Notes under the pieces: generated by a model
Database searches by the model: none
The model's input: the letters and a program-made list of their open reading frames with translations, nothing else
Told to the model about the DNA's origin: nothing
From: Mustelus asterias
Lineage: Eukaryota
Assembly: GCF_964213995.1 (NCBI RefSeq)
Contig: NC_135812.1
Span: 40,424,001 to 40,488,000 of the forward strand
Reading direction: 5' to 3'
DNA length: 64,000 nucleotides
Translations under genes and position numbers: made by a program
Shown: positions 1 through 11,500 of the stretch, piece by piece
How positions within the stretch are numbered: the first letter of the stretch is position 1
Layout of the letters: every line of letters starts with the position of its first letter

Positions 1-133
1 TTATATGCCCTGTTTGCTGTTCATGAGCAGATCTCCCACTCACCTGACGAAGGAGCAGTGCTCCGAAAGCTAGTGGCGTTTGCTACCAAATAAACCTGTT
101 GAACTTTAACCTGGTGTTGTTAGACTCCTTACA
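1..133 (+). mobile_element. Penelope-like element (PLE) terminal fragment
   Basis: CTGACGAAGGAGCAGTGCTCCGAAAGCTAGTG followed by AATAAACCTGTTGAACTTTAACCTGGTGTTGT, a typical PLE pseudo-LTR end; a homologous copy lies at 47046-47140 on the minus strand. Confidence 0.8.
41..75 (+). ncRNA. Minimal type-I hammerhead ribozyme (PLE-associated)
   Basis: CAC-CUGACGA-A-GGAGC(AGU)GCUCC-GAAA-GCUA-GUG: core boxes, 5-bp stem II, palindromic AGCU stem III, stem I CAC/GUG. Confidence 0.75.
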
Positions 134-1807
134 GGGAAGGTCCCACAGGATTGGAGGATAGCCAATGTTGTTCCTTTGTTTAAGAAGGGTGGCAAGGATA
201 ATCCAGATAATTACAGGCCGGTGAGCCTTATGTCAGTGGTAGGGAAATTATTGGAGAGGATTCTTCGAGACAAGATTTACTCCCACTTGGATAAAAGTGG
301 ACGTATTAGCGAGAGGCAACATGGTTTTGTCAAGGGGAGGTCGTGTCTCACTAACTTGATCGAGTTTTTTGAGGAAGTGACGAAGATGATTGATGAGGGT
401 AGGGCAGTGGATGTTGTCTACATGGACTTCAGTAAGGCCTTTGACAAGGTCCCTCATGGCAGACTGGTACAGAAAGTGAAGTTTAACGGGATCAGAAGTG
501 AGCTGGCAAGATGGATACAGAACTGGCTTGGTCATAGAAGACAGAGGGGAGCAGTGGAAGGGTGCGTTTCTGAATGGAGGGCTGTGTCAAGTGGCATTCC
601 TCAGGGATCAGTGTTGGGACCTTTGCTGATTGTAATATATATAAATGATTTGGAGGAACATGTAACTGGTTTGATTAGTAGATTTGCTGACGATACAAAG
701 GCTGATGGAATTGCGGATAGCGATGAGGACTGTCAGAGGATACAGCAGGATATAGATCAGTTGGAGACCTGGGCGGAGAGATGGCAGATGGAGTTGAATC
801 TGGACAAATGTGAGGTAATGCATTTTGGAAGGTCTAATACAGATGGGAAATATAAGTAAATGGCAGAACCCTTAAGAGTATTGATAGGCAAAGGGATCTG
901 GGTGTCCAGGTACACAGGTCACTAAAAGTGGCAATACAGGTGAAGAAGGTAGTCAAGAAGGCACATGACATGCTTGCCTTCATCGGCCGGGGCATTGTGT
1001 TTAAAAATTGGCAAGTCATGTGAATCTGTGGAATTCCCTGCCCAGTGAGGCTCCCTCATTGAATGTTTTTAAGGTAAGGATAGATAAATTTTTGAACAGT
1101 AAAGGAATTAAGGGTTATGGTGAGTGGGCGGGTAAGTGGAGTTGAGTCCACGAAAAGATCAACCATGATCTTATTGAATGGCGGAGCAGACTCGAGGGGC
1201 CAGATGGCCTACTCCTGCTCCTAGTTGTTATCATCTTATGTTGCAGTTTTATACAACCTTAGTTAGGCAGCAGTTGGAATAATTCTGGTCGCCACTCGAC
1301 CAGAAGGATGTGGAGGCTTTGGAGAGGGTACAGAAAAGATTTACCAGGATGTTGCCTGGTATGGAGGGCATTAGCTATGAGGAGAGGTTGGAGAAACTAG
1401 GTTTGTTCTCACTGGAACGACAGAGGTTGAGGGGTGACCTGATAGAAGTTTACAAGATTATGAGGGGCATGGACAGAGTGGATAGTCAGAAGCTTTTTCC
1501 CAGAATGGGGGAATCAATTACTAGGGGGCATAGGTTTAAGGTGCAAGGGGCAAGATTTAAAGGAGATGTACAAGGCAAGTTTTTTACACAGAGGGTGGTG
1601 GGTGTCTGGAACATGCTGCGTGGGAGGTAGTGGAAGCAGATACAACAGTTTTAAGGGGCATCTTGACAAATACATGAATAGGATGGAAATAGAGGGATAT
1701 GGTCCCCAGAGGAGTAGGGGGTTTTAGTTCAGTCAGGCAGCATGGTCGGTGCAGGTTTGGAGGGCCAAAGGGCCTGTTCCTGTGCTGTAATTTTCTTTGT
1801 TCTTTGT
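134..1807 (+). mobile_element. CR1 LINE, 5'-truncated (RT plus 3' UTR), decayed and interrupted at ~1021-1240
   Basis: ORF 176-859 has [36 protein letters not shown]; ORF 1310-1630 is the CR1 C-terminus (LERVQKRFTRMLPG); ends in a TCTTTGT tail. Confidence 0.95.
1021..1240 (+). mobile_element. CR1 3' end fragment nested in the previous CR1
   Basis: GAATCTGTGGAATTCCCTGCC...GGCCAGATGGCCTACTCCTGCTCCT...CTTATG; host sequence GTCATG|TTGCAG resumes after it. Confidence 0.85.
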
Positions 1808-1890
1808 CACATTATTCTTAAGGCCATCATAAAAGTCAAACAGTTCCTGCAAAATCAAAAATAACAGGTAAATAAATATTACAGATGAGC

Positions 1891-1976
1891 ACAACTTGCA
1901 TTTATACAGCAACTTTCAGAACCTCAGGACATCCTAAAGCTCTTTACAACCAAGGAAGTACTTTTTTAAAGTCACT
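1891..1976 (-). mobile_element. Deu/SacSINE-like SINE 3' tail fragment
   Basis: ACAACTTGCATTTATACAGC...CCTCAGGACATCCTAAAGCTCTTTACA resembles the L2-derived tail of shark DeuSINEs (recognised from memory). Confidence 0.5.
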
Positions 1977-2786
1977 AATCCAATTTCAGATTTCCAAAAT
2001 CCACAGTATGTACTTGCTTTTGTGTTTCTGCATTGAGTAGTTTAGATGTTGTATTTTATTTTTATAATGTTTTTGCTAAAAGCATGATTAAAATTCTGTA
2101 CCTCAAGGAAAATTTCTGTTGTAAACCCAGTCAAGTTAGGTAGCATGAGAAATGCCAAGGTTTGTGGAATTCTTAATCTCAGTGTAGTTATTTTAATATC
2201 ATCTGTTTAAGCATGGTTTGTGGTACATAATACGGTTACTTTTAAAACACTTCAACCAAAAAAATATTGATCTGATGATTTATGTTTTGAAAAAAATTGT
2301 ATTTCAGTTTAAAAGCTGTTTTCCTTTTAAATCTGAATTCTGCAGGTGCCATTTACAGCAATTGTCACTAGGTCTCTTCACCTAATTAAGTGAGGCAATT
2401 AGATGCTAAGTGTCACTTCAATATTAAGTAGCCATAAATGATGTTTAATGCAGCAATATCAATATTGTGTTGACAATCTTGTGTTTTTGCCCCAGTTTTC
2501 TAATCCCATTGATCTGCAGTTTGTTAATCTCTAAGCATTTCACACATTGCGTATTTAGCTTCAAATACATTTGTTTAAGGAATTAAATTTAATAGAATTA
2601 CTTCATTCCTCTGCACTAAAAGATTGAGCTGAGAATAGAAAATACTGGAAGCATGGAATCTGTTTGGAGATCAGTTGTCAGAACCCATGACAGTTGTCAT
2701 AATTTAGATTTAGGCAGTGACTCCAGTAGGCTAATAAGGTGTAAAATTGTGGAAAGAAAACAACAGTAGGGAGAAATTTTCATCAT

Positions 2787-2841
2787 TGGGACAGCACGGT
2801 GGCACATTAGTTAGCACTACTGCCTCTCAGCGCCAGGGACT
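2787..2841 (+). mobile_element. tRNA-derived SINE head fragment (HE1/V-SINE-like)
   Basis: GGCACATTAGTTAGCACTACTGCCTCTCAGCGCCAGGGAC, the same head as the other SINE copies in the window. Confidence 0.7.
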
Positions 2842-2844
2842 CTA

Positions 2845-3165
2845 CTGCATGGGCAGTAGAGTTTTAGATGACCTCAGGTTTATGGAGGGTATAAATGTGG
2901 GATACCAGCCAGGAATGCATTTGAATAGTTTGAATAGAGGAAACAATGGCAGCCAATGAGCTAATAGGCAGTCTTGGTGATTGCATGAATATGAAATTGA
3001 AAGCTCATCTTGAGATCAAATGTGACCTTAATGTTGGAAACAGACTAATTTAATCTCAGACTGTTGCCAGGGAGAGGGATGGAGTCAGTAACTAGGGAAC
3101 AGAGGTTGGAGTGGGGACTGAAAACAATGGCTTCAGTCTTCCCAATGTTTAATTGAAAGAAATTT
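2845..3165 (-). mobile_element. L2 LINE RT fragment, old
   Basis: ORF 3045-3233 contains NFFQLNIGKTEAIVF, the L2 LxLNxxKTE motif. Confidence 0.7.
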
Positions 3166-3237
3166 AGTTCTGAAAGGGACCAATACCCAATATAAAACAT
3201 AGTTTTTTTTTTCTCCAAAATCACATGGGCCATCAGA

Positions 3238-3377
3238 TAATATAGGAAACATAGTGATCAATTTGCAATAGCAAGCTCCCACAATGACCAGATAATTTGT
3301 TTTATTGATGCTGATTGCTGGATAAATATTGTCCAGGATACCAGGATAAATTCCTCACTCATCTTCAAAAGAGTCAT
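3238..3377 (-). mobile_element. Deu/SacSINE-like SINE core fragment
   Basis: GCAAGCTCCCACAATGACCAGATAAT...GGATAAATATTGTCCAGGATACCAGG resembles the Deu-domain region. Confidence 0.5.
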
Positions 3378-3581
3378 TGGGTGGAATTTTCCAATCAGTT
3401 TTGTAAGTGTTGGTCCCAGCAGATAAAGTCACCATATATTTAGCCTCTTTAACAAAAATATTTTTTCCGCATGTTTCACACCTCGTCTATGATGGCCAGC
3501 CTGTTTCACACTGATGGCTGCAATCAGTGGGGCTCACCATTTAAACACCTTCTCAGCACTTGTTCCAAGTCCAACTGGGGG

Positions 3582-5260
3582 ATGGCTGCCTGAAAGACTG
3601 CACCATTAGATTGACAGCGCCGTCTCCTCGGATAGAAGGTGATGCGACTCCTCCAGGTCGGCTTTGACACCACTGTGGGAGCCCTTAACAAACTTCTGGA
3701 TGCAGTGCAGCAGAGGTTGGAGACCCTCTACTCTTGATTGGACAGCAATCCTGCCAGCAAGCTGACCAACTCCTTCCGGGTGGCTGTGGCCACGGTTGTG
3801 AGCGCTAGCTCACTGGATCACTGGATATGAGGATAGAGTTACCATATCATAAGAAGATGAATGACTTTCTTTGTGCAGCCAGGGTAAATCTACTTTCTCT
3901 TGTGTCCTGCAGCACCCCCTAGCACACCCCTCACACATCCACAGAGATGTCGCTCCCACCAGCTTTGTGGGGCCTGAACACTTGCCACGCCGACCCCCTC
4001 CCTCTTATCCACCCAGTACCACCTCTGCTCCTTGTATCCTCACTGTTACTCAACCTTCACACATGCCACACAACACCACCACCTGACCTGGCACGACTCC
4101 CGCCTACACACTCCCCATCTGTCTCATTGCAGGACAGACCCAAGCACAGCAGGCATGAATGGGCACAGCCAGCTGGAGTAATGCCCTGGCTCAAGATCCT
4201 ACCCCATTCAAGGAATGAGACCTTGAGCTTGCTGGCGAGAAGCAGGACTGCATCACACTCGGAGGAGTGCCAGAGTCCAGAACTTTGCTGAGTTTAAGTT
4301 TTTATAAGTTTATAAGTTTATTTATTAGTCACAAGTAAGGCTTACATTAACATTGCAATTAAGTTACTGTGAAATTCCCTTAGTCGCCACACTCCGGCAC
4401 CTGTTCAGGTCAATGTACCTAACCAGCACATCTTTCAGACTGTGGGAGGAAACCGAAGCACCTGGAGACGCAGACACGGGGAGAACATGCAAACTCCACA
4501 TAGACAATGACCAAAGCTGGGAATCTAACCTGGGTCCCTGGCGCTGATGTGCCACTGGGTACAATTGTCTCAGAGCTGCTGGAGCTACAAAGACAAACTT
4601 GCGAGCATCAGGATGGGATGACACCAACCCTTCTCGGATTTCAAGTCCGACCTGGAGGAGTCGCATCACCTTCTATCCGACGAGACGGTGCTGTCAATCT
4701 AATGCCACGTGGTCAACACTGTGAAGGTGGCATCCACAGTTGAGACCTTGGTTCAGGACGTGCACTTTATGGCAGAGGATGTTCGCTACATGGTTTAGGT
4801 CATGACCTCCGTGGATGAGGGCATGAGCTCCATGGTGCAGGACTTCAACTGCATGGTGCAGGTACCAGTGGGAATCCACGAATATCAATGCAAAAGAATG
4901 GCAGGGCTTCTGGATCCCATTCCAGTTGCCCTCTATCCCATGGAGGAGTCAGGTTTCCCCCAGGCACCTGAATGGAAGAGGATCAGCAGGAGCATAACCC
5001 GGGCATTCCACCCAGGAGAACCTAGGGGTGTCTAACCCATTTCATAGCTCCCTCCCTGTGAGCGACACACCTCCAACATCACGCACTGGAGGGCAGCACT
5101 GCAATACCTGTGCTGCCTGAAAGCAGGCCCAGACCCTCAAGGTCCCAACCCTCCAGAGGACCCTCCTGCCAAGTTCATCTCAGACAGCAGGGCTTGGAAG
5201 TCAACAGGCCACCTTAACCTCAGCTTTGGATCCTGGGAAGGATGTGGAAGACTAAGAAAT
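3582..5260 (+). pseudogene. Harbinger Myb/SANT-like DNA-binding protein, intron-containing, decayed
   Basis: MAA*KTAP...ALNKLLDAVQQRLETLY...VAVATVVSASS...KKMNDFLCAAR then GTAAAT donor at ~3883; acceptor CTCATTGCAG at ~4131 followed by DRPKHSRHEWAQPAG..LKIL; 3' limit approximate. Confidence 0.7.
4293..4546 (-). mobile_element. tRNA-derived V-SINE-like SINE (AATAAATAAAC tail type)
   Basis: Core GACTGTGGGAGGAAACCGAAGCACC...CAAACTCCACATAGACA; tail TTTATTTATTAGTCACAAGTAAGGC; inserted in the Harbinger gene. Confidence 0.9.
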
Positions 5261-5849
5261 GATCGACACCTAGTGGGCATGGGTGAACCTAGGCACCAAT
5301 AGATACAAGTCACATTGTAATACTAGCTTGTATTAAAATTCACTTTGATCACCCATAAAGAGCCTCCATGCTGTCATGTCATGGTGCCATGCTCAGCAAA
5401 CTCCCGCACACTTCCTCCCTCTGCAGTGAGAGGACGGAAGTGCTCTGTGTCCCCCATCTCAAACACTGGCAACGCACTAGTGCTATACTGCTTCTGGTGC
5501 AGGCCATCCCTCCAGCCACACCTACCCTCACCCCAGCAATGCTCAGGCCTCTCTTGTCTGCCAGAATTCTCTAGTTATGAGGATGCCATCTGTTGGAAAC
5601 ATGTGAGAATCTGTCCACCTCGTGAGCAGATGTAGTAACACATCAGGATCCCTGACCTTGGAAGAGGCAGCAGCGGCTGAGATGTGTCATTCAACCTCTC
5701 TGGGCCTCTAGGTCACTCCATTCATTCAGTCAGACATATCACAGAGAGTAAGATGAGGGTCGCTCTGTCCTCACTGCAGAGGCTATGAGTTCTTCTCGAG
5801 CCTAATGCCCCATATGGGCCCTTCTATTCCTCAAGATCCTTCCTCCAAC

Positions 5850-6900
5850 TCCTCCAAGGATTGCTCCTCACTGACCACCTCCTCATCTGACGAGATGCAG
5901 CACTCCTTCATCTCCTCCTGGTCCAGTTACTTGCCCCACTGCAGTGCAAGCTTATGCAAAGCATAGCAAACCACAATGGTGCTGCTCACCCTCCTGGGGG
6001 CTGCACTAGAGCGCTCCCTCTGACTGGTACAGGCACCTGAACCACATCTTGAGCAGCTCAATCGCCCGTTCGACCAGCGCGCGTGTTGAGGCATGAGCCT
6101 CACAGTGAGTCTCAGCGGGTGTCTGGGGTCTCAGCACTGGCATCATCAGCCACCTCCTGATTGGGTATCCTTTATCCCTGAGGAACCATCCCTCGAACCG
6201 TTGCTCACCCACAATTGCTGGGATGTGCAAGCATTCCGGGATGTGCAAGCACTCCAGGATGTTGCTGTCATAGACATTCCCTGGGAAACAGGCACGCACC
6301 TATATGAAGTGCATGGCATGGTCACACATGGACTGAACATTGAGGGAGTGGAATCCCTTGCAGTTCACAATCAGTGCCCCATGCTGCCATGGGGAACGTA
6401 GAGCCATGTGAGTGCAGTCAATGATACTCTGCACCTAGGGTGGGCCAGCTATGTGGGTGAAGTTCATGGCCTTGGTGTCTGGCTTGCCTGGTTCTGGTCA
6501 AAGTTGATGTACAAGTGACCCCTCGCAAATAGTGTATTTGTCACCACCTTTATGCAGGGCACAACAGGTCACCTGTGCAGCCCTGAAACAAGCTGTTGGC
6601 ATAACAATTCAGAGCAGCATTTATAATGGAGGGTAAAAAGAGGGTAAAAGACCTCCCAACGCTTGAATTATTTGGCACAGGAGGTCCACCGTACCATGGG
6701 ACAGACGCAGCCTTCTCCGGCACTGGACCTCTGACATTTGGAGGCAGAAAGTTCTCCAGTGGTCGACTCGTGGCTTGTGGTGTCTCCCCCGAGTCTCTGC
6801 CATCTGTGTAAATTATCATAAATTAGTGGGCCCAACACCCCCCCCCTCCTGTGCAGGGTGTTGTTCCTGGTCATGTGCTGCCACAAGTCGATGTTGCTGA
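5850..6900 (-). pseudogene. Harbinger (HARBI1-like, DDE_Tnp_4) transposase, frameshifted
   Basis: IDCTHMAL, KGFHSLNVQ..CDH, FPGNVYDS, DKGYPIRRWLMMP, HASTRALVERAIELLKMWFRCL; N-terminal CRRRLRLS..TVDLLC. Confidence 0.9.
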
Positions 6901-8029
6901 TACTCCACAACTATCAAAATAACTGCTAGTTCGTCTGGCTCTGTGATTCTCTCGAATCAATATCTGAAAGGAAGAGAATGTAAAAGTGAGCAAGGAAGAG
7001 TCCTGATAATCTTTTGACCCATAGCCCTCTCAGGCTCTGGACATCCACCCATACACATCCCCCTTTCCAATGAGCCTCACTCCCTCTCTCATACAGTGGT
7101 CTGTCACTGGCCAGACAAAGTAAATGGAACATTCCCTGTCTTCAACAAAAACAAATCACAAATGAAACTGTTAACCATTGGGCACCAATTGGTGGCACAC
7201 TCAAGTGTTGCAGGACTGACTAAATTAGCACAATTGACTCATCAGCGAGCTCCCTATGGCAGATGAGGTGCATCTGATTCATGTTAAGATAGCAATCCTT
7301 AGATGGCACCCCCTTTTCCCCAGCTCTCATGGGCTGCAGATTAAACAAGCCTCCCACCTTGAACAGCCAACGACCCAGACTTTATTCACTGATGACCTGG
7401 CTTCCATAACCAGTGGCCTTTTCCTTCCAGACAGCTCATGCCCTGAGGATGCAGCCTGAAGATAGGTGTTCATTCGGACTGCACTTGTACTCCCCCCATG
7501 TGAGGATCTTCTGCCTTCACATAGCTGCTCAATATCCCTTGTCAGGGTCCCTACTCTGCCCATGCAGCCTGGTATTTTACAGGACCCCACCCAGGGACCT
7601 CAAAGTCACCCTTGTGCTGACCCTGTGATTTCACCCACCTCCAGCTGCCACTGTAAGGGAAATCCCTCAACGGAAAAACAACCACAAGCCCAGCAAAGGA
7701 GGTCCCAAGAACTGTTTCCATGCACACCAGCTGCCAGACCCCTTGAGACTTGGAGGGCCACAACAATGAAGGACCTTTAAGGCCTACAAGTTACTCCTTC
7801 CACGAATGCTGAGAAAACTCCCCCCACCCCCCCCCCCCCCCCCCCCCCGCCCCCCCATTCCCACAACCCCAAGTTTCACTTATCTGGTTCCCCTGCATCC
7901 CATCCAGTGCCCTCACTCTAATTGACATTGACATCCTGGAGGGCAATGGCGTCCTTTGTGCTCACATCTGATGATCCTTTTGGAGGTGAGGTCGCCACAT
8001 TCTCAATTTATAGATAGATAGTTGCTCTT

Positions 8030-8360
8030 GCACAAAACCTTATATCTGTGTCCTCTAGTCTTTGCACCATCAGATAATAGGAACAGCTTTTCCTTATCTA
8101 AACCTGTCACAATCTTGTACACCTCTATCAGAACTTTCCTCAACCTCGTTTGCTTCAAGAAAAATTATTCCAGCTTCCCCAACCTAACCTTGTAGCTAAA
8201 TTCTCCCATCACTGGAACCATTCTGTTGATATTCTCTGCACCCTCTCAAGGACTTTCACATCCTTCCTGAAGTGTGGTGACCAGTTCCAGAACGTCTAAC
8301 CAGACAGACTTTATAAAGGTTCAGCATAATGTTTCTGCTTTTGAACTCATTACCTCTATT
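8030..8360 (-). mobile_element. CR1 3' fragment, old
   Basis: Antisense CR1 C-terminus: CTCTGCACCCTCTCAAGG...CTTCCTGAAGTGTGGTGACCAG. Confidence 0.75.
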
Positions 8361-8519
8361 TAAGAAATTGGCAGTTCCCTAAATTCAAAGACATGTTTCA
8401 TGCGTCAAATCAGAAGCCATTTGAGAGGAGTGTCGGAGAACATACTGACAGAGGCATTTGAGTAGGAATAAAGATCCAGGAGGATCAATCAGTTGTAGGA
8501 TCAGAAAGATCACCCGCTC

Positions 8520-11500
8520 CTTGACATAACCTGTGATTGAGGCTGTGAGTGCGGGTTTTAAAGGTCCATCACTTGTCTCTCAATAGAGAAACTCATATTC
8601 CACTCATATTCCACAAAATCCATGGGGAGATCCTTTCTTGGCCACTATAACATCCCTCCGCCACTCTCCTCCCACTCCAGGTCCACCCCAGGATTTCCTT
8701 TCTCAGTGGGAATGCTGAACTGTCACTGACGCAGATTCCTCTTAAGGGTTTGTTTTGCTTGGTGCTCCTGCTTCCTCAGCTTTCATCTTGGGGTCTGTTT
8801 CTTTGTTTTCTGGAAGAACGGGCTTCGGGTTAGCTTCGAGCTACTGTCCTGTACTGGTAGCGGCTGTCTCTACAGCTCAAAGGAAAGCTTGTTCTCGGGT
8901 GGACTCATTGCTCCTAAGGTGGTCTCGGTGTTTTTTCACAACCTTTTCATGGGCCATCACCTTGTAGGACACTGGCCTAGTTTTTTCTATTATGATCCTG
9001 ACACCCATCCAGGACTACCCCCGAAATTCCTCACATTGACTTGGTCAGTTACTTCAAATATTCTCTCTGCCCTTGCAGAGTTGTAATTTATTTTCTGGGT
9101 GTCTTGTCTAGACTCCACCCTCCCCACCAGTAGACTTAGTCTCAAATAATAGTTCTGCTGGAGTGATTCCTGTTGTAGCATATGGGGTAGATCTATAATC
9201 AAAGTAGAAACATGCCAATGTAATCTCTATAGGTGCCACAGGCTGCCGTTTCAATATATTTGATGTCTTTAGAAAGCATGAAGTTTTGGAACTCGCTACT
9301 GGTGAAGGTCATGCCGCTGTCGGACATCAAAATCTCTGGTATGCCCTGTGTACAGAAACTCTGTCTTAGCTTCTTGATTGTCGCATGCAAATTAGTGGAG
9401 CTCAAGTGGTGCACCTCTAACCATTTTGTGCATTTACCAGGATCAAAAGTATGGAACCCATAAAAGACTCTGCAAAGTCCAAGTGCACTCCCACCCATGG
9501 CCTGTCGAGCCACTCCCATAGGTGCAAAGAGGTTGAAGGTGAAAGCTTTTGATTTTCCTGACATACATCTGCCTTACTAAGTCTGTGATATCTGAATCAA
9601 GGCCAGCCACCAGACTTAGCTCCTGGTCAGCATTTTCATTTTTGATATTCTAGAGTAGCCACTATGTTATTCCTTGAGTATCAAATGCCGTCCTGGATGA
9701 GGGACAACCACTTGGGACCCCCATAAAATTATTCTGTCCTCCACACTGAGCTCATTCTTTTTATTCAAGTAGTGCTTCATCTCTTCTGAGGATTGCCCTC
9801 TGGGTTCACCATTCAGATCATGTGCTTCACTTTTGATAAAGTTGCATCTCTTTGCGTACAGGTCTTAATCGGTTTTGCGGATACCGGTAAGGTCTCTAAA
9901 AAATTTAAAGCTATCAAAATTTCTTCTAGTGCTGGCCAAGGAGTAGGACTCACGGGCAACGGACGTTGACTCAAAGCATTGACATTGGCTATTTGGACCC
10001 TGGAGCGGTGCTCTAAAAGGTATTCGTAAGCAGCAGGCAGCATTCCCCAACGCTGTATCTGGGCAGACGCAATGGGGGTGGAATATGTTATCTTCTTTGA
10101 ATAGCCCAAGTCGAGATTTGTGGTCTGTCACTATTATAAAGTGCTTACCATAGATGTACTGATGAAATTTTTTTAATGTCAAAGACGACCACCAACTCCT
10201 CTTTCTCAATTTGCAAGTATCTCCATTCGGCATCTGAGAGGATTCTGGATGCATTTGTTATGAGTCTTTCTGTTCTATCTTTCTAATGATGCGAAAGCCC
10301 AGCCCCAAACCCATAAGGGGACGTGTCACTTCAGGATGAGTTCCTTCCTAGTGTTAAAATGGGCTGGCAGGTTTGATGACGATAGTTGTTGTTTTACCTT
10401 GGTGAAGGCCTCAGCCTAGGGTGCCTTCCACAACCATCTTTGATGATTCTGCAGCACGGTGTGCAAGGGGGCCAGTAAGATAGCCAAGTCCAGAATGAAT
10501 TTCCTGTGGTGGTTCACTAATTATAAGAAGGATTTTAACGGTATGGCATATTTTGGGGCTGGTGCTCCCTTGATGGCCCTTACATTCTCTTCTACAGGTT
10601 GTAAACCTTTTGAATCCACTCAGTAACCCACATAGGTCCTTTTCTTTTGCCAGACACATTTTCCTCCCTTTAGGCATACACTGGCTCTTGAAAATCTTTT
10701 TAACACCTCTTCCAGGTTCGTCAAGTGCTCTTGTCCTGAGGTGCCCGTGACCAGGATGTTGTCCAAGTATACTGTCACTTCAGGTAACCCCTGAAGTATG
10801 TTGTACATCATCTGCTGGAATATAGTACACCCAATGAGACCCCAAAGGGCAGCTGAGTATATTCATATAAACCCTTGTGTGTATTGACTGTAACATACTT
10901 TCGGGATGCCTCATCGAGTTGGAGTTGAAGATAAGCATGGCTCATATCAGCTTAGTGAATGTCTAGTTGTCAGCTAACTTGGCATACAAGTCTTCAATCC
11001 TGGGCAATGGGTATCTGTCTAGTTTAGAGACCTGGTTGACCGTTAACTTATAATCCCTACAATGCAAACTGATTAATCTGTCAGGTGGACTGGGACAATA
11101 GGTGCAGCCTTCTCTGTAAATTGTACTGACTTTATAATGCCGAGATCTTCAAGCCACCCAAGATTGGCCACCACCTTCTCTAATGGTTAGCACTGCTGTC
11201 TCATAGCTCCAGGGACCTGGATTTGATTCCCGGCTTGGGTCACTGTTTGTGCAGAGTCTACACATTCTCTCTGTGTCTATGTGGGTTTCTTCCAGTTGCT
11301 CTGGTTTCCTCCCACAGTCCAAAAGATGTGCTGGTCAGGTGCATTGGCCATGCTAAATTCTCCCTCCGTGTACCCAAACAGGCGCCGGAGTGTGGCAATA
11401 AAGGGATTTTCACAGTAACTTCATTGCAGTGTTAACGTGAGCCTACTTGCGACACTAATAAATAAACCTTTTAATAGTGAGTAAGGGATAGGTCTTGCTC

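Larger units (their letters stand above)
3379..7250. mobile_element. Decayed PIF/Harbinger DNA transposon (Myb/SANT gene on +, transposase on -)
   Basis: Left end GGGTGGAATTTTCC resembles the termini of MITEs in the window; two convergent genes as listed below; right TIR not found. Confidence 0.8.

Noticed and set aside
6006-6299. Domesticated host HARBI1 gene
   Set aside because: Frameshifts, an 18-bp internal duplication (ECLHIP twice) and a linked decayed Myb gene indicate a transposon fossil
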